A stretch of 64,000 bases of DNA from a bacterium (GCA_030696105.1 JAUYNJ010000001.1:2747-66746), one strand, 5' to 3'. Positions 1 through 7,758 are shown, numbered from the stretch's first letter. The notes: generated by a model from the letters alone, not told the origin. Translations and numbers: made by a program.

Positions 1-2
1 AA

Positions 3-767
3 GATGAACTAGACGTGTCTTTTGATAATATAACAGCTATTGACCCCATGGATCCTTCTTCGTGGCCCAAAGGACCTATTTTTGCCAAAGAACATGAAAA
101 TGCCTCCAATATTCTGACATCTTCTCGCCCCTTCAATCTCTACGATATAAATTTACCCATTAGTCTCACCTACCTATCTGCAATACATATGACAGTAGGT
201 AAGGCTAAAGAAGAGAAAGGCAACCCTGAAAAGACAAGAGAGATTGCTCAGGTTCTTAAAGAGCTTTCAACGACCTTAATACCCTTTAAATACAAAGATA
301 AGGATGGAGAAAAATCGCTTTCAATGTCTCTGCCTGCCTATTGTCTGAATTGCCTAAAAGATGTTAGCTCTTATATAGCAAATGAGTTGGATTCAAAGGA
401 CTTCCTTGAAGGGACTAAGCCACAATCACCTATTAGCTTTGATAAGGAGGAGAGCGTTCTTAATATCAAAGGTGATTTAATAAAGATTACACTGAGGGCT
501 GAGCGCCCAATAGACCATTTTATCCTTGAGGCTATCTTTGATAATGAGGATCTTTCTGAGGAGATATATTTCAAAGATGTTGCAAAAAAAATAGATGAAT
601 TTGAAGACTATGATAGTGATAAGGATTGGCGCAAGTTTTACCGCGCATGCCAAAGATTGAATTTAAAGATAGAGGAGGCTACTTCCAAAAGAGTGGTTGG
701 CTTCATAGAATCTCATACGGGAAAAAGGGCTTGGTGTAAAATTAATCCTAAATATTTGAAATATTAG
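3..767 (+). CDS. Hypothetical protein of the element, 5'-truncated by the window edge
   Basis: The reading frame is open from the first bases of the window, and the listed GTG at 15 is probably internal. A hairpin plus T-run terminator follows at 826-858. No motif was recognised. Confidence 0.5.
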   Translation, partial: DELDVSFDNITAIDPMDPSSWPKGPIFAKEHENASNILTSSRPFNLYDINLPISLTYLSAIHMTVGKAKEEKGNPEKTREIAQVLKELSTTLIPFKYKDKDGEKSLSMSLPAYCLNCLKDVSSYIANELDSKDFLEGTKPQSPISFDKEESVLNIKGDLIKITLRAERPIDHFILEAIFDNEDLSEEIYFKDVAKKIDEFEDYDSDKDWRKFYRACQRLNLKIEEATSKRVVGFIESHTGKRAWCKINPKYLKY

Positions 768-825
768 CAATATCGTTACAATTTAATAATCTTTACCCGT
801 AAATCAGGGTAATGCCAGTTACGTA

Positions 826-858
826 AACTACCAATAGAAAGCAATTGGTAGTTTTTTT
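826..858 (+). terminator. Rho-independent terminator
   Basis: The stem aaactaccaat/attggtagttt has a 7-8 nt loop and is followed by a T7 run. Confidence 0.6.
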
Positions 859-1041
859 ATGGCGCATTATAGCTCACAACTTATTACTGATTTTCAAGTC
901 TATTTTACGGAACTCTATGGGCGAGAGATAAGCCAAGAAGAGGCTGAATCTTTTCTCGTATCTTTATTGAATCTATATAATTCCCTTTATTCAAGCAAGC
1001 AGTTCTTTTCCTGTCCGCTCATTTCCGCCTTCAGGCGGTGA
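859..1041 (+). CDS. Small hypothetical protein (60 aa)
   Basis: An ATG ORF begins directly after the terminator T-run. Its stop codon lies inside the GC-rich hairpin at 1015-1045. Coding status is uncertain. Confidence 0.3.
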   Translation: MAHYSSQLITDFQVYFTELYGREISQEEAESFLVSLLNLYNSLYSSKQFFSCPLISAFRR

Positions 1042-1045
1042 GCGG
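1015..1045. promoter_or_regulatory. GC-rich bulged hairpin upstream of rep; candidate Rep nick site or double-strand origin
   Basis: The outer stem is ccgctca/tgagcgg and the inner stem is ccgcc/ggcgg with loop ttca. No T-run follows, so it is not a typical terminator. It lies 49 nt upstream of the Rep ATG. Confidence 0.3.
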
Positions 1046-1093
1046 AGAGGAAAAGGTCATCCTTGTTAAAGAGAACACTTAATTAGAAATTTT

Positions 1094-2047
1094 ATGGATA
1101 ATCTCCCCGATGAGATCCGTTACGCCCCTTCTTGTAAGTATTTTTCGAATTTAAAAGTCGTTAAATCTGGTACATTAATTGAAATATATCAATTTGGTCG
1201 AGACTTAAGTATGGGTAAAACCAATACGCGCGAAAAGACTGATGAGGAAATAGAGGTTGCTAAAAAGTTTCCTAAAATTAAAGCCAGTCCTGATGAAATC
1301 CTTAAAGCATCTGCCAGGAGATCTAAAAGAATGATTAAACGGCTTATACGGTCAAATAGTTTTCAGTGGTTAAATCTAAAACACAAACCATACTTGCCAA
1401 TTACTCTAACCCTTACTTTTGCCGAGAATATATCTGATATTAAAAAGGCAAACTATGAATTTACTAAATTTATAAGGCGTTTAAATTATGAAACAAATGA
1501 TATTGAAAAGAAGGACTTAAAACAGAGTAATCTTAAATATCTTGCAGTTTATGAGTTACAGAAAAGAGGTGCTATCCATTATCATATGATATTTTTTAAT
1601 CTTCCTTATATCCAAGATGTTTACAACCGCCTAAGGGATATTTGGGGACAAGGAAGGATAATGGTCGGCGGAAAACAAAAGAACTTTGAAAAAATCAAAG
1701 ATCAAAAGAAGTTAAATAAAATTATTGAATATTTTACAAAGTATATACAGAAATCTGTCCTTGAGAACAGTTTTCCAAGAAAAAAGAAATATATAACTAG
1801 TAAAAATTTGCATAAACCTCTGCAGAATTCATTTAGCGAAGTAGTCTCACTGATTCAGAGTCGCATGCCTAGTGATAGTCTTGTTTATAAGTGGGACGGA
1901 GAAAGCGAATATAACAAAGCTGACATTAATGAAACCCTTGGAAAGACTACAAACTTTATGCGTTGGCTAAATTACTATCAGCATGATTTAACCGATTACC
2001 CCGAAATAGATGAGTATATAACAAAAGTGCTTTTAGGCACTCAATAG
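1094..2047 (+). CDS. Rolling-circle replication initiator (HUH endonuclease, plasmid/phage Rep-like)
   Basis: The translation contains GAIHYHMIFF, an HUH-type metal-binding motif. Downstream it contains IEYFTKYIQKS, which resembles the catalytic-Tyr motif (xKYxxK) of pC194/Rep_1-type and phage Rep proteins. Confidence 0.6.
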   Translation: MDNLPDEIRYAPSCKYFSNLKVVKSGTLIEIYQFGRDLSMGKTNTREKTDEEIEVAKKFPKIKASPDEILKASARRSKRMIKRLIRSNSFQWLNLKHKPYLPITLTLTFAENISDIKKANYEFTKFIRRLNYETNDIEKKDLKQSNLKYLAVYELQKRGAIHYHMIFFNLPYIQDVYNRLRDIWGQGRIMVGGKQKNFEKIKDQKKLNKIIEYFTKYIQKSVLENSFPRKKKYITSKNLHKPLQNSFSEVVSLIQSRMPSDSLVYKWDGESEYNKADINETLGKTTNFMRWLNYYQHDLTDYPEIDEYITKVLLGTQ

Positions 2048-2089
2048 GACAATATTGATTTTTAGACTGTTCTTTGATAGATTGATAGT

Positions 2090-2212
2090 ATTGACCTCAA
2101 CTTGAACTATTTTGCCCAAAAGCCTTTTTTATAGGTTTATATTTGCCGTTTGAAATGAGCAGTTCTGCTTAACGACAAATTAGCTTTTGGCTAGTTTTAA
2201 GTTGAGGTCAAT
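2090..2212. repeat. 14-bp perfect inverted repeat (attgacctcaactt / aagttgaggtcaat) enclosing ~95 nt, preceded by TTGATAG-type iterons
   Basis: Read directly: 2090-2103 is the reverse complement of 2199-2212. An inner imperfect pairing is gcccaaaagc / gcttttggc. The direct repeats tttgatag-attgatag-tattgac lie at 2073-2095. Confidence 0.7.
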
Positions 2213-2226
2213 CAGGACTGCTCTTT

Positions 2227-2637
2227 TTATTTATCTATTTTCTTTTTTTGCTCCTCTTCAAATGCTTTTTGTTCCAAGTTTAATTTATTATGAACATATT
2301 CAAAGTAGTTAATAAAGCCACCAACAAAATCTTCATGTTGAAATAAGTCTTTATCTTCTTTTAAAAATTTTTCATAAGGTTTTATCCAGTATCCGTTTTC
2401 AAAAGAATCTTTAATATAGTTGTAAATGTAGTCATGGCCATATTCCTCTATATTTTTCTTGGCCGAACCATCTTTTGATTCATTAACCCAAACAATTTGT
2501 CCAGGTACTTTTCTACAAAAACTGATTAACCCATCAATAAAAAAAGTTAATACATTGATTTTCTTTTTTGTTTTCTTTAGATCAATATAAAAATATATAT
2601 TTACAATAATTAAAACGATAATGAGACCTTCTAGCAT
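2227..2637 (-). CDS. Hypothetical membrane-anchored protein (136 aa) of the element
   Basis: It has an N-terminal hydrophobic helix (GLIIVLIIVNIYFYI) followed by a Lys-rich stretch. It is transcribed divergently from the recombinase gene. Confidence 0.5.
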   Translation of the reverse strand: MLEGLIIVLIIVNIYFYIDLKKTKKKINVLTFFIDGLISFCRKVPGQIVWVNESKDGSAKKNIEEYGHDYIYNYIKDSFENGYWIKPYEKFLKEDKDLFQHEDFVGGFINYFEYVHNKLNLEQKAFEEEQKKKIDK

Positions 2638-2654
2638 AATGGCATTTTATTAGT

Positions 2655-2686
2655 AATTATATCTAAATTATATCTAAATTATACCA
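2655..2686. repeat. Tandem 11-bp repeat (aattatatcta x2 plus a partial third copy) in a divergent promoter region
   Basis: The copies were read directly at 2655-2665, 2666-2676 and 2677-2686 (aattatacca). Confidence 0.8.
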
Positions 2687-2700
2687 TATAACTCAAAAAT

Positions 2701-4230
2701 ATGAATAAAAATGACAAAACAATATATGCCCTCTACTGTCGAAAATCGACAGAGGATAGTAGCCGTCAAATTCTTTCTCTCGATTCACAGGAGACGGAAA
2801 TGTTAAAGTTGGCTGAATCTTTGGGGCTTAACATTGTCCATACATTTAGAGAAAGCAAGTCAGCTAAGAAGCCCGATAACCGTCCGGAATTCTCTGAGCT
2901 CGTTAATATGATAAAGCGGGGAGAGATTACCGGCATTCTCTGTTGGAAGATAGATCGGCTGTCCCGTAACCCAATAGATTCGGCTACTATCCAATGGCTC
3001 CTACAACAAAATGAATTAACAATTATCCAAACCATGGAAAGGCAATATCTTCCTGGCGATAATGCTCTGCTATTTAATGTAGAAAGCGGAATGGCAAACC
3101 AATATATTTTGGACTTGAGTAAAAATGTAAAACGAGGTATCAGGGCTAAATTGGAAAAGGGCGGATGGCCAAATTTAGCGCCTATTGGATACTTTAATAA
3201 AGACAGTTCTCTGGTTGTTGATAGAGAAAGAGCCCCATACATTAAAAAAGCATTTGATTTGTACGCGTCAGGTAAATACGGCGTAAAAGAGATTTCGGAT
3301 ATTTTATTTCAAGAGGGCTTTAGAAGTCGCGCGGGCAATAAATATCACAAAAGTAAAATTCATAAAATCTTAAAAGAATCTTTCTACTGCGGATTAATGG
3401 TAAAAGATGGTAATAGCTATTTAGGAAATCATGAGCCAATTATCTCTAAAGAGTTGTTTGATAATGCGCAAGAGATCTTTACAGAGAAAGCCCACGTTAA
3501 ACACCAGACTATTCCTTTTGCCTTTAGAGGAATTTTAAAGTGTGCTAAGTGTGGATGCCAGCTAACTGCTACGAAAAAGAAGGGTCGCCTAGTATATTAC
3601 TACTGCACTAACGGCAAAGGTGGTTGTGATGAGCATAAAGCCTATATCAAAGAAGAAGCTCTTTCCAAGGAGCTCGTTCGGGTGTTTGATAGTTTGGTGT
3701 TTGACGATAAAATCGTCGATCTCGTCTACCGAGCAAAGCTCGAAGAGGGCAAGGCGTCCTCTTCCTACCTACAGGAATGCGCCCTCAGCCTGCAGAGCAG
3801 GCTACAGGGAATCGATGAACGCAAAAAAGCCCTTCTAGACGCTTACCTCGATAAAATCGTTTCAGCAGACGATTATAGAGCCAAAAATGAAGCCCTTGCT
3901 AACGATTCTGTTATCGTTAATAAGGATTTGCAGGCACTAAAGGATAAGAAATCAGATCAGGAGCTTGTTACTTTGGAACGGGTAAAAAATTTCTTTTTAG
4001 AGCCTAAACAAAGGAGAAAAGAGTTTTTGAAGCTTTCTGCTGATAAACAAAGAAGTGTGCTAATTTCTCTACTTTGGAACGCTGAAATCGAGAATAAAAA
4101 AATCGCCAATATTTCATTCAAACAGCCTTTTGACGTGCTATCAAAAATTGAAAATAAAGACGATTTTAACTCAGTGCGGAGAGGCGGGGATTCGAACCCC
4201 GGATACGCTGTTACACGTATAACAGGTTAG
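2701..4230 (+). CDS. Large serine recombinase / integrase
   Basis: The N-terminal resolvase-type catalytic motif is IYALYCRKSTEDSSRQ. A recombinase domain follows, then the zinc ribbon CAKCGCQLTA...YYYCTNGKGGC and a coiled-coil C-terminus. The last 54 nt overlap tRNA-Ser. Confidence 0.85.
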   Translation: MNKNDKTIYALYCRKSTEDSSRQILSLDSQETEMLKLAESLGLNIVHTFRESKSAKKPDNRPEFSELVNMIKRGEITGILCWKIDRLSRNPIDSATIQWLLQQNELTIIQTMERQYLPGDNALLFNVESGMANQYILDLSKNVKRGIRAKLEKGGWPNLAPIGYFNKDSSLVVDRERAPYIKKAFDLYASGKYGVKEISDILFQEGFRSRAGNKYHKSKIHKILKESFYCGLMVKDGNSYLGNHEPIISKELFDNAQEIFTEKAHVKHQTIPFAFRGILKCAKCGCQLTATKKKGRLVYYYCTNGKGGCDEHKAYIKEEALSKELVRVFDSLVFDDKIVDLVYRAKLEEGKASSSYLQECALSLQSRLQGIDERKKALLDAYLDKIVSADDYRAKNEALANDSVIVNKDLQALKDKKSDQELVTLERVKNFFLEPKQRRKEFLKLSADKQRSVLISLLWNAEIENKKIANISFKQPFDVLSKIENKDDFNSVRRGGDSNPGYAVTRITG

Positions 4231-4265
4231 CAACCTGCCGCTTTCAGCCGCTCAGCCACCTCTCC
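4177..4265 (-). tRNA. tRNA-Ser (anticodon GCT), class II with a long variable arm; CCA is not encoded
   Basis: Folded by hand. The acceptor stem is GGAGAGG/CCTCTCC, the anticodon stem is CAGGT/ACCTG with loop TTGCTAA, and the T-arm is CCGGGGTTCGAATCCCCG. Confidence 0.85.
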
Positions 4266-4290
4266 AAAATATATTAAATTGTAATAACCA

Positions 4291-4342
4291 TTAGCAACCT
4301 GCCTCCGCCAGCCGGCGGATTCAGCCGCTCAGCCACCTCTCC
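4291..4342 (-). pseudogene. Degenerate duplicate of the tRNA-Ser 5' half (acceptor, D-arm and anticodon loop) with a 16-nt palindromic insert
   Basis: The first 23 nt (GGAGAGGTGGCTGAGCGGCTGAA) and a further 13 nt (GGCAGGTTGCTAA) are identical to the intact gene. AGC is replaced by TCCGCCGGCTGGCGGA. There is no T-arm or 3' acceptor strand. Confidence 0.75.
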
Positions 4343-4470
4343 AATAGTATTAAGCTGTACTTCTCAACAAAAGACACTAAATAGGATTCAGTGCCTCCCA
4401 TATTGTTCTAATATTTTAGAATTTATGTTACAATCACTATATAAAATCTCATCACCATTGTCAAACAAAT

Positions 4471-4995
4471 ATGCCTCAAACCAACAATAACGTGAATTTC
4501 ATTGAATGGCAAGTGCCAGAGTATAAAAAGCCAGAAAGAAGCCGTAACTGGTACATCGCCGCTGCCGTTTTTGTCTTTATCTGCCTGTTCTTCTCCTTCT
4601 TTACGATTGTGGGATGGAACATTGTTTTCCTCGGCGCAAACTCGAATTTCCTCTTTGCCCTCATTATCTTCATCGCTATGGCGATTATGGTGGTAAATGA
4701 TGGCCGAGAGCCAAAAATGGTAACTATCAAGCTCGGACCGGAGGGGATTAATATTGGGCGCCGTTTTCATGACTACGACGAAATCAAGCAATTCTGTGTT
4801 TTATATAAACCCCGTCAGAGTGTTAAAAATCTATATCTCGAATTCTCTAATAAAATGATGCCGCGCCTATCTATTCCCCTGCGCCGTCAGGACCCGCTCA
4901 CTGTTCGCAACTTCCTAGTCCGATACTTAAATGAAGATTTAGACCGGGTTTCCCCGCCTTTATCGGAAGAGTTGACGAAATTACTAAGGCTATAG
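4471..4995 (+). CDS. Hypothetical two-helix membrane protein (174 aa)
   Basis: It has an ATG start and two long hydrophobic segments followed by a soluble C-domain. The overlapping antisense ORFs are shorter. Confidence 0.6.
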   Translation: MPQTNNNVNFIEWQVPEYKKPERSRNWYIAAAVFVFICLFFSFFTIVGWNIVFLGANSNFLFALIIFIAMAIMVVNDGREPKMVTIKLGPEGINIGRRFHDYDEIKQFCVLYKPRQSVKNLYLEFSNKMMPRLSIPLRRQDPLTVRNFLVRYLNEDLDRVSPPLSEELTKLLRL

Positions 4996-5027
4996 TATAA
5001 TTCGCCTATCGTATAATGTCGATTATA

Positions 5028-5099
5028 GCCCTTATAGTTTAATGGATAGAACGCAAGATTGCGGATCTTGTAATCCAGGTTCGATTCCTGGTGGGGGCA
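5028..5099 (+). tRNA. tRNA-Arg (anticodon GCG); CCA is not encoded
   Basis: Hand-folded cloverleaf. The acceptor stem is GCCCTTA/TGGGGGC (two G-U pairs), the anticodon stem is CAAGA/TCTTG with loop TTGCGGA, and the T-arm is CCAGGTTCGATTCCTGG. Confidence 0.75.
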
Positions 5100-5117
5100 C
5101 ATAAATTGATCAATAAA

Positions 5118-5146
5118 TAGGCGCTTGTTTGGCGCTTATTTTTTTT
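5118..5146 (+). terminator. Rho-independent terminator after tRNA-Arg
   Basis: The stem taggcgc/gcgctta has a 7-nt loop and is followed by a T8 run. Confidence 0.55.
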
Positions 5147-5153
5147 AAAAACC

Positions 5154-7220
5154 ATGCTACTCAGCGTCCCTTTGTCCGCCCTTAACCGGGTTGGCAAGAC
5201 CACAACTCAATCACTTAAAAAACTTGGACTAGAAACAGTGTCTGATTTGCTTTTATATTTCCCTTTCCGCTACGACGATTTCAGTAAAGTCACCGCTATT
5301 GAAGATGTCGATGCCGGACAAAATGTAAGTATCGCGGGAACGATTGAAATGATTCAGAATAAGCGAAGCGCTCGTCAGCGTCGGCAATTAACCGAAGCTT
5401 TAGTAAGCGACGATACTGGGTTAATAAAAGTGGTCTGGTTTAATCAGCCATTCATTGCTCAGAATTTAAAAGCGGGAGACAAAGTATCCCTTGCCGGCAA
5501 AACTGCCGAAAGCTATGGGCAACTCTCACTCATCTCGCCACAGTATGAAAAGATTGGATCTGCCGGCTTAATACATACGCAGGGCTTAGTGCCCGTCTAT
5601 CACTTAAGTTCAGACCTCTCTCAAAAACAGTTGCGCTTTTTAATCAGTCAGGCTTTGCCGGCTACTGAAAAAATGACGGAGTGGTTGCCGGAAAATTTAC
5701 TCAAAGAATTAAAACTCCTCCCACTCCCGGTTGCCATTAAGCAGGCTCACTTCCCTGAAAATATTGAAGAAGCTCAGGAAGCCCGAAAGCGCCTTGGCTT
5801 CAGTGAATTATTTTTACGTCAGTTGCGCTCACAATCAATTAAACTAGAATTGAAGAATAAACCAGCACCGAAAATTGATTTCCAGGAAATGATGACGCGT
5901 CAGTTTGTGCAGGCTCTACCCTTTAACCTAACGGCCGGGCAAAAACAAGCAGCCTGGGAAATACTGCAGGATATTAACCGTGAAGCGCCAATGTCACGCC
6001 TACTCGAAGGTGATGTTGGCTCAGGCAAAACAGTGGTTGCCGCTATAGCCTTATTCAACGTCGCTATTAATAAATACCAGGGAGCACTAATGGCACCGAC
6101 CGAAATTCTTGCCACGCAGCACTATGGGAGCTTACTTAAATTACTCGGTCCTTTTAATGTAAAAATTGGCTTGCTCACTGGTAGCCAGGCTGAAGCTAAT
6201 TTTGATTTACCAAAAACAAAAAAAGACAGACGTGAAAAGATAATTTCTCAAGCGGAAATTATTGTTGGCACCCAAGCGCTTATTCAAGATTACAGCATTG
6301 AAAGATTGGCATTGGTTATTGTTGATGAACAACATCGCTTTGGTGTGAGACAAAGACAAAAATTGCAGCAAAGCGGCGGCGGACTGTGGCCACACTTTCT
6401 GTCGATGACAGCCACACCAATTCCCCGCTCTCTCGCTCTCGCCATCTACGGCGACCTTGATTTGTCCTTAATCAAAGAATTACCCAAAAACAGAAAACCC
6501 ATCATCACTCACGTTCTGCCGGAAGAAAAGCGTGAAGAAGCCTATGAAACTATTCGTCGCCAAATAAATACCGGTCGACAAGCTTTTGTGATTTGTCCGC
6601 TCGTTGAAGAGTCGGATAAACTCGGTGCACGTTCGGCGACGACTGAATATAAGCGTCTTAAAAATGAAATATATCCTGAGTTAGAAATTGGCCTTATCCA
6701 TGGAAGATTGAAAAGCGCTGAGAAAGAAAAAGTAATGAAGGATTTCGCTGATGGGGTCACTAAAATTTTGGTCGCCACCGCCGTCGTGGAGGTCGGCGTT
6801 GACGTGCCCAATGCCAGTATTATGTTAATTGAGGGAGCCGAGCGTTTTGGTCTTGCTCAGCTTCATCAATTCCGTGGACGCGTCGGTCGCTCTGAACATC
6901 AATCCTACTGTCTCTTGCTCACCAGTAAAGATCAGCAAAATCCCAATACCGCCGAACGCCTTCAAGCTTTGAGTAAATATAATGACGGCCTCTCTTTATC
7001 AAAAATGGACTTAAAATTGCGCGGGGCTGGTGATTTGTATGGACGCATCCAAAGCGGCTTTCCTGAGTTACGCATTGCCTCTTTGTTTGATTATGAGATG
7101 ATTAAGGCGGCCCAAAAAGCGGCGGAGAAGTTAATAAAAGAAGACCCGGATTTGGATAATCATCCTGAAATTAAGGCTCGCCTCAGCGATAATCCGGAAA
7201 ATGAAGCCCATTTGGAATAG
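5154..7220 (+). CDS. recG: ATP-dependent DNA helicase RecG
   Basis: It has an N-terminal wedge/OB region. The helicase motifs are GDVGSGKT, DEQHRFG, TATPIPR and QLHQFRGRVGR. Confidence 0.95.
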   Translation: MLLSVPLSALNRVGKTTTQSLKKLGLETVSDLLLYFPFRYDDFSKVTAIEDVDAGQNVSIAGTIEMIQNKRSARQRRQLTEALVSDDTGLIKVVWFNQPFIAQNLKAGDKVSLAGKTAESYGQLSLISPQYEKIGSAGLIHTQGLVPVYHLSSDLSQKQLRFLISQALPATEKMTEWLPENLLKELKLLPLPVAIKQAHFPENIEEAQEARKRLGFSELFLRQLRSQSIKLELKNKPAPKIDFQEMMTRQFVQALPFNLTAGQKQAAWEILQDINREAPMSRLLEGDVGSGKTVVAAIALFNVAINKYQGALMAPTEILATQHYGSLLKLLGPFNVKIGLLTGSQAEANFDLPKTKKDRREKIISQAEIIVGTQALIQDYSIERLALVIVDEQHRFGVRQRQKLQQSGGGLWPHFLSMTATPIPRSLALAIYGDLDLSLIKELPKNRKPIITHVLPEEKREEAYETIRRQINTGRQAFVICPLVEESDKLGARSATTEYKRLKNEIYPELEIGLIHGRLKSAEKEKVMKDFADGVTKILVATAVVEVGVDVPNASIMLIEGAERFGLAQLHQFRGRVGRSEHQSYCLLLTSKDQQNPNTAERLQALSKYNDGLSLSKMDLKLRGAGDLYGRIQSGFPELRIASLFDYEMIKAAQKAAEKLIKEDPDLDNHPEIKARLSDNPENEAHLE

Positions 7221-7227
7221 TCAGCTC

Positions 7228-7256
7228 TTGACAAAGTAACCTAAAATCTATAAGAT
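7228..7256 (+). promoter_or_regulatory. Sigma70-type promoter (TTGACA-N17-TAAGAT)
   Basis: The -35 TTGACA lies at 7228-7233, the spacer is 17 nt and the -10 TAAGAT lies at 7251-7256. Confidence 0.6.
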
Positions 7257-7303
7257 AGCGTTATTGTAACTTAACATTTTGTTTCACCAAAAAATCACAA
7301 GAC

Positions 7304-7750
7304 ATGGTTTTTCAAGCTAAACACCAGGGCCAGTTGATTGTTTTCACTAAAGAAAACATCTTCACAGAGAGAAGTCAAATTATCGTAAAAAAAGCCCGCA
7401 TCTGCCTGGGCGATGACAATACTGTATTTAAGGGTTATTTCAATAATATCGAAGTCTGCTTCAGCCGAGGAAATGTCTTTCTCGAAGCTGGCAAAGCGGT
7501 AGTAAGACACGCGAAATCTTGCGACGAAAACTCCAATAGAGCTTTTCCGACTACGATTCTTCTTTCGGAATTAACAATGGAGGTAAATGATCTATTAACC
7601 ATTCAGCAACTTCTGACAAAAAATAAGCCTGTTCCCGGAAAGATACTATTAAGCAAACTGCAGATGAGCCCCAAGGAAAGGGATATGATTATCCAGCTTC
7701 AGCTCAAAAGAAAAACTAAACGACCAAAACCGGTCGAACTATCTGTCTAA
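7304..7750 (+). CDS. Hypothetical protein (148 aa); coding status uncertain
   Basis: The ORF is bracketed by a plus-strand promoter (7228-7256) and terminator (7759-7786). There is no obvious SD. An antisense ORF at 7295-7510 competes with it. Confidence 0.35.
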   Translation: MVFQAKHQGQLIVFTKENIFTERSQIIVKKARICLGDDNTVFKGYFNNIEVCFSRGNVFLEAGKAVVRHAKSCDENSNRAFPTTILLSELTMEVNDLLTIQQLLTKNKPVPGKILLSKLQMSPKERDMIIQLQLKRKTKRPKPVELSV

Positions 7751-7758
7751 AACATCCA

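Larger units (their letters stand above)
1..4265. mobile_element. Partial integrated element (rolling-circle Rep plus large serine recombinase) abutting tRNA-Ser; the left boundary is not in the window
   Basis: The block is visibly more AT-rich than the rest of the window. It contains an HUH Rep, a large serine recombinase, orphan small genes and origin-like repeats. The recombinase ORF overlaps the tRNA-Ser 3' half by 54 nt. Confidence 0.55.

Noticed and set aside
1042-1050. The 9-mer gcggagagg, also present at the tRNA-Ser 3' end (4176-4184), as a possible left att site defining a 3.1-kb element
   Set aside because: A 9-nt match is expected roughly by chance in 64 kb on two strands. The AT-rich, orphan-gene character also continues to the left of 1042. 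I keep it only as an alternative to test.
2766-3242. 158-aa ORF antisense to the serine recombinase gene
   Set aside because: It lies entirely inside a CDS with strong recombinase motifs on the other strand. It has no motif of its own, so it is a typical shadow ORF.
4423-4791. ORFs on both strands (4423-4791, 4476-4730, 4502-4696) overlapping the 174-aa membrane protein gene
   Set aside because: They are shorter, their composition is odd, and they lack independent signals. The 4471-4995 ORF has an ATG start and coherent TM topology.
4887-5102. 71-aa minus-strand ORF
   Set aside because: Its N-terminal part is simply the antisense translation of tRNA-Arg (MCPHQESNLDYKIRN...).
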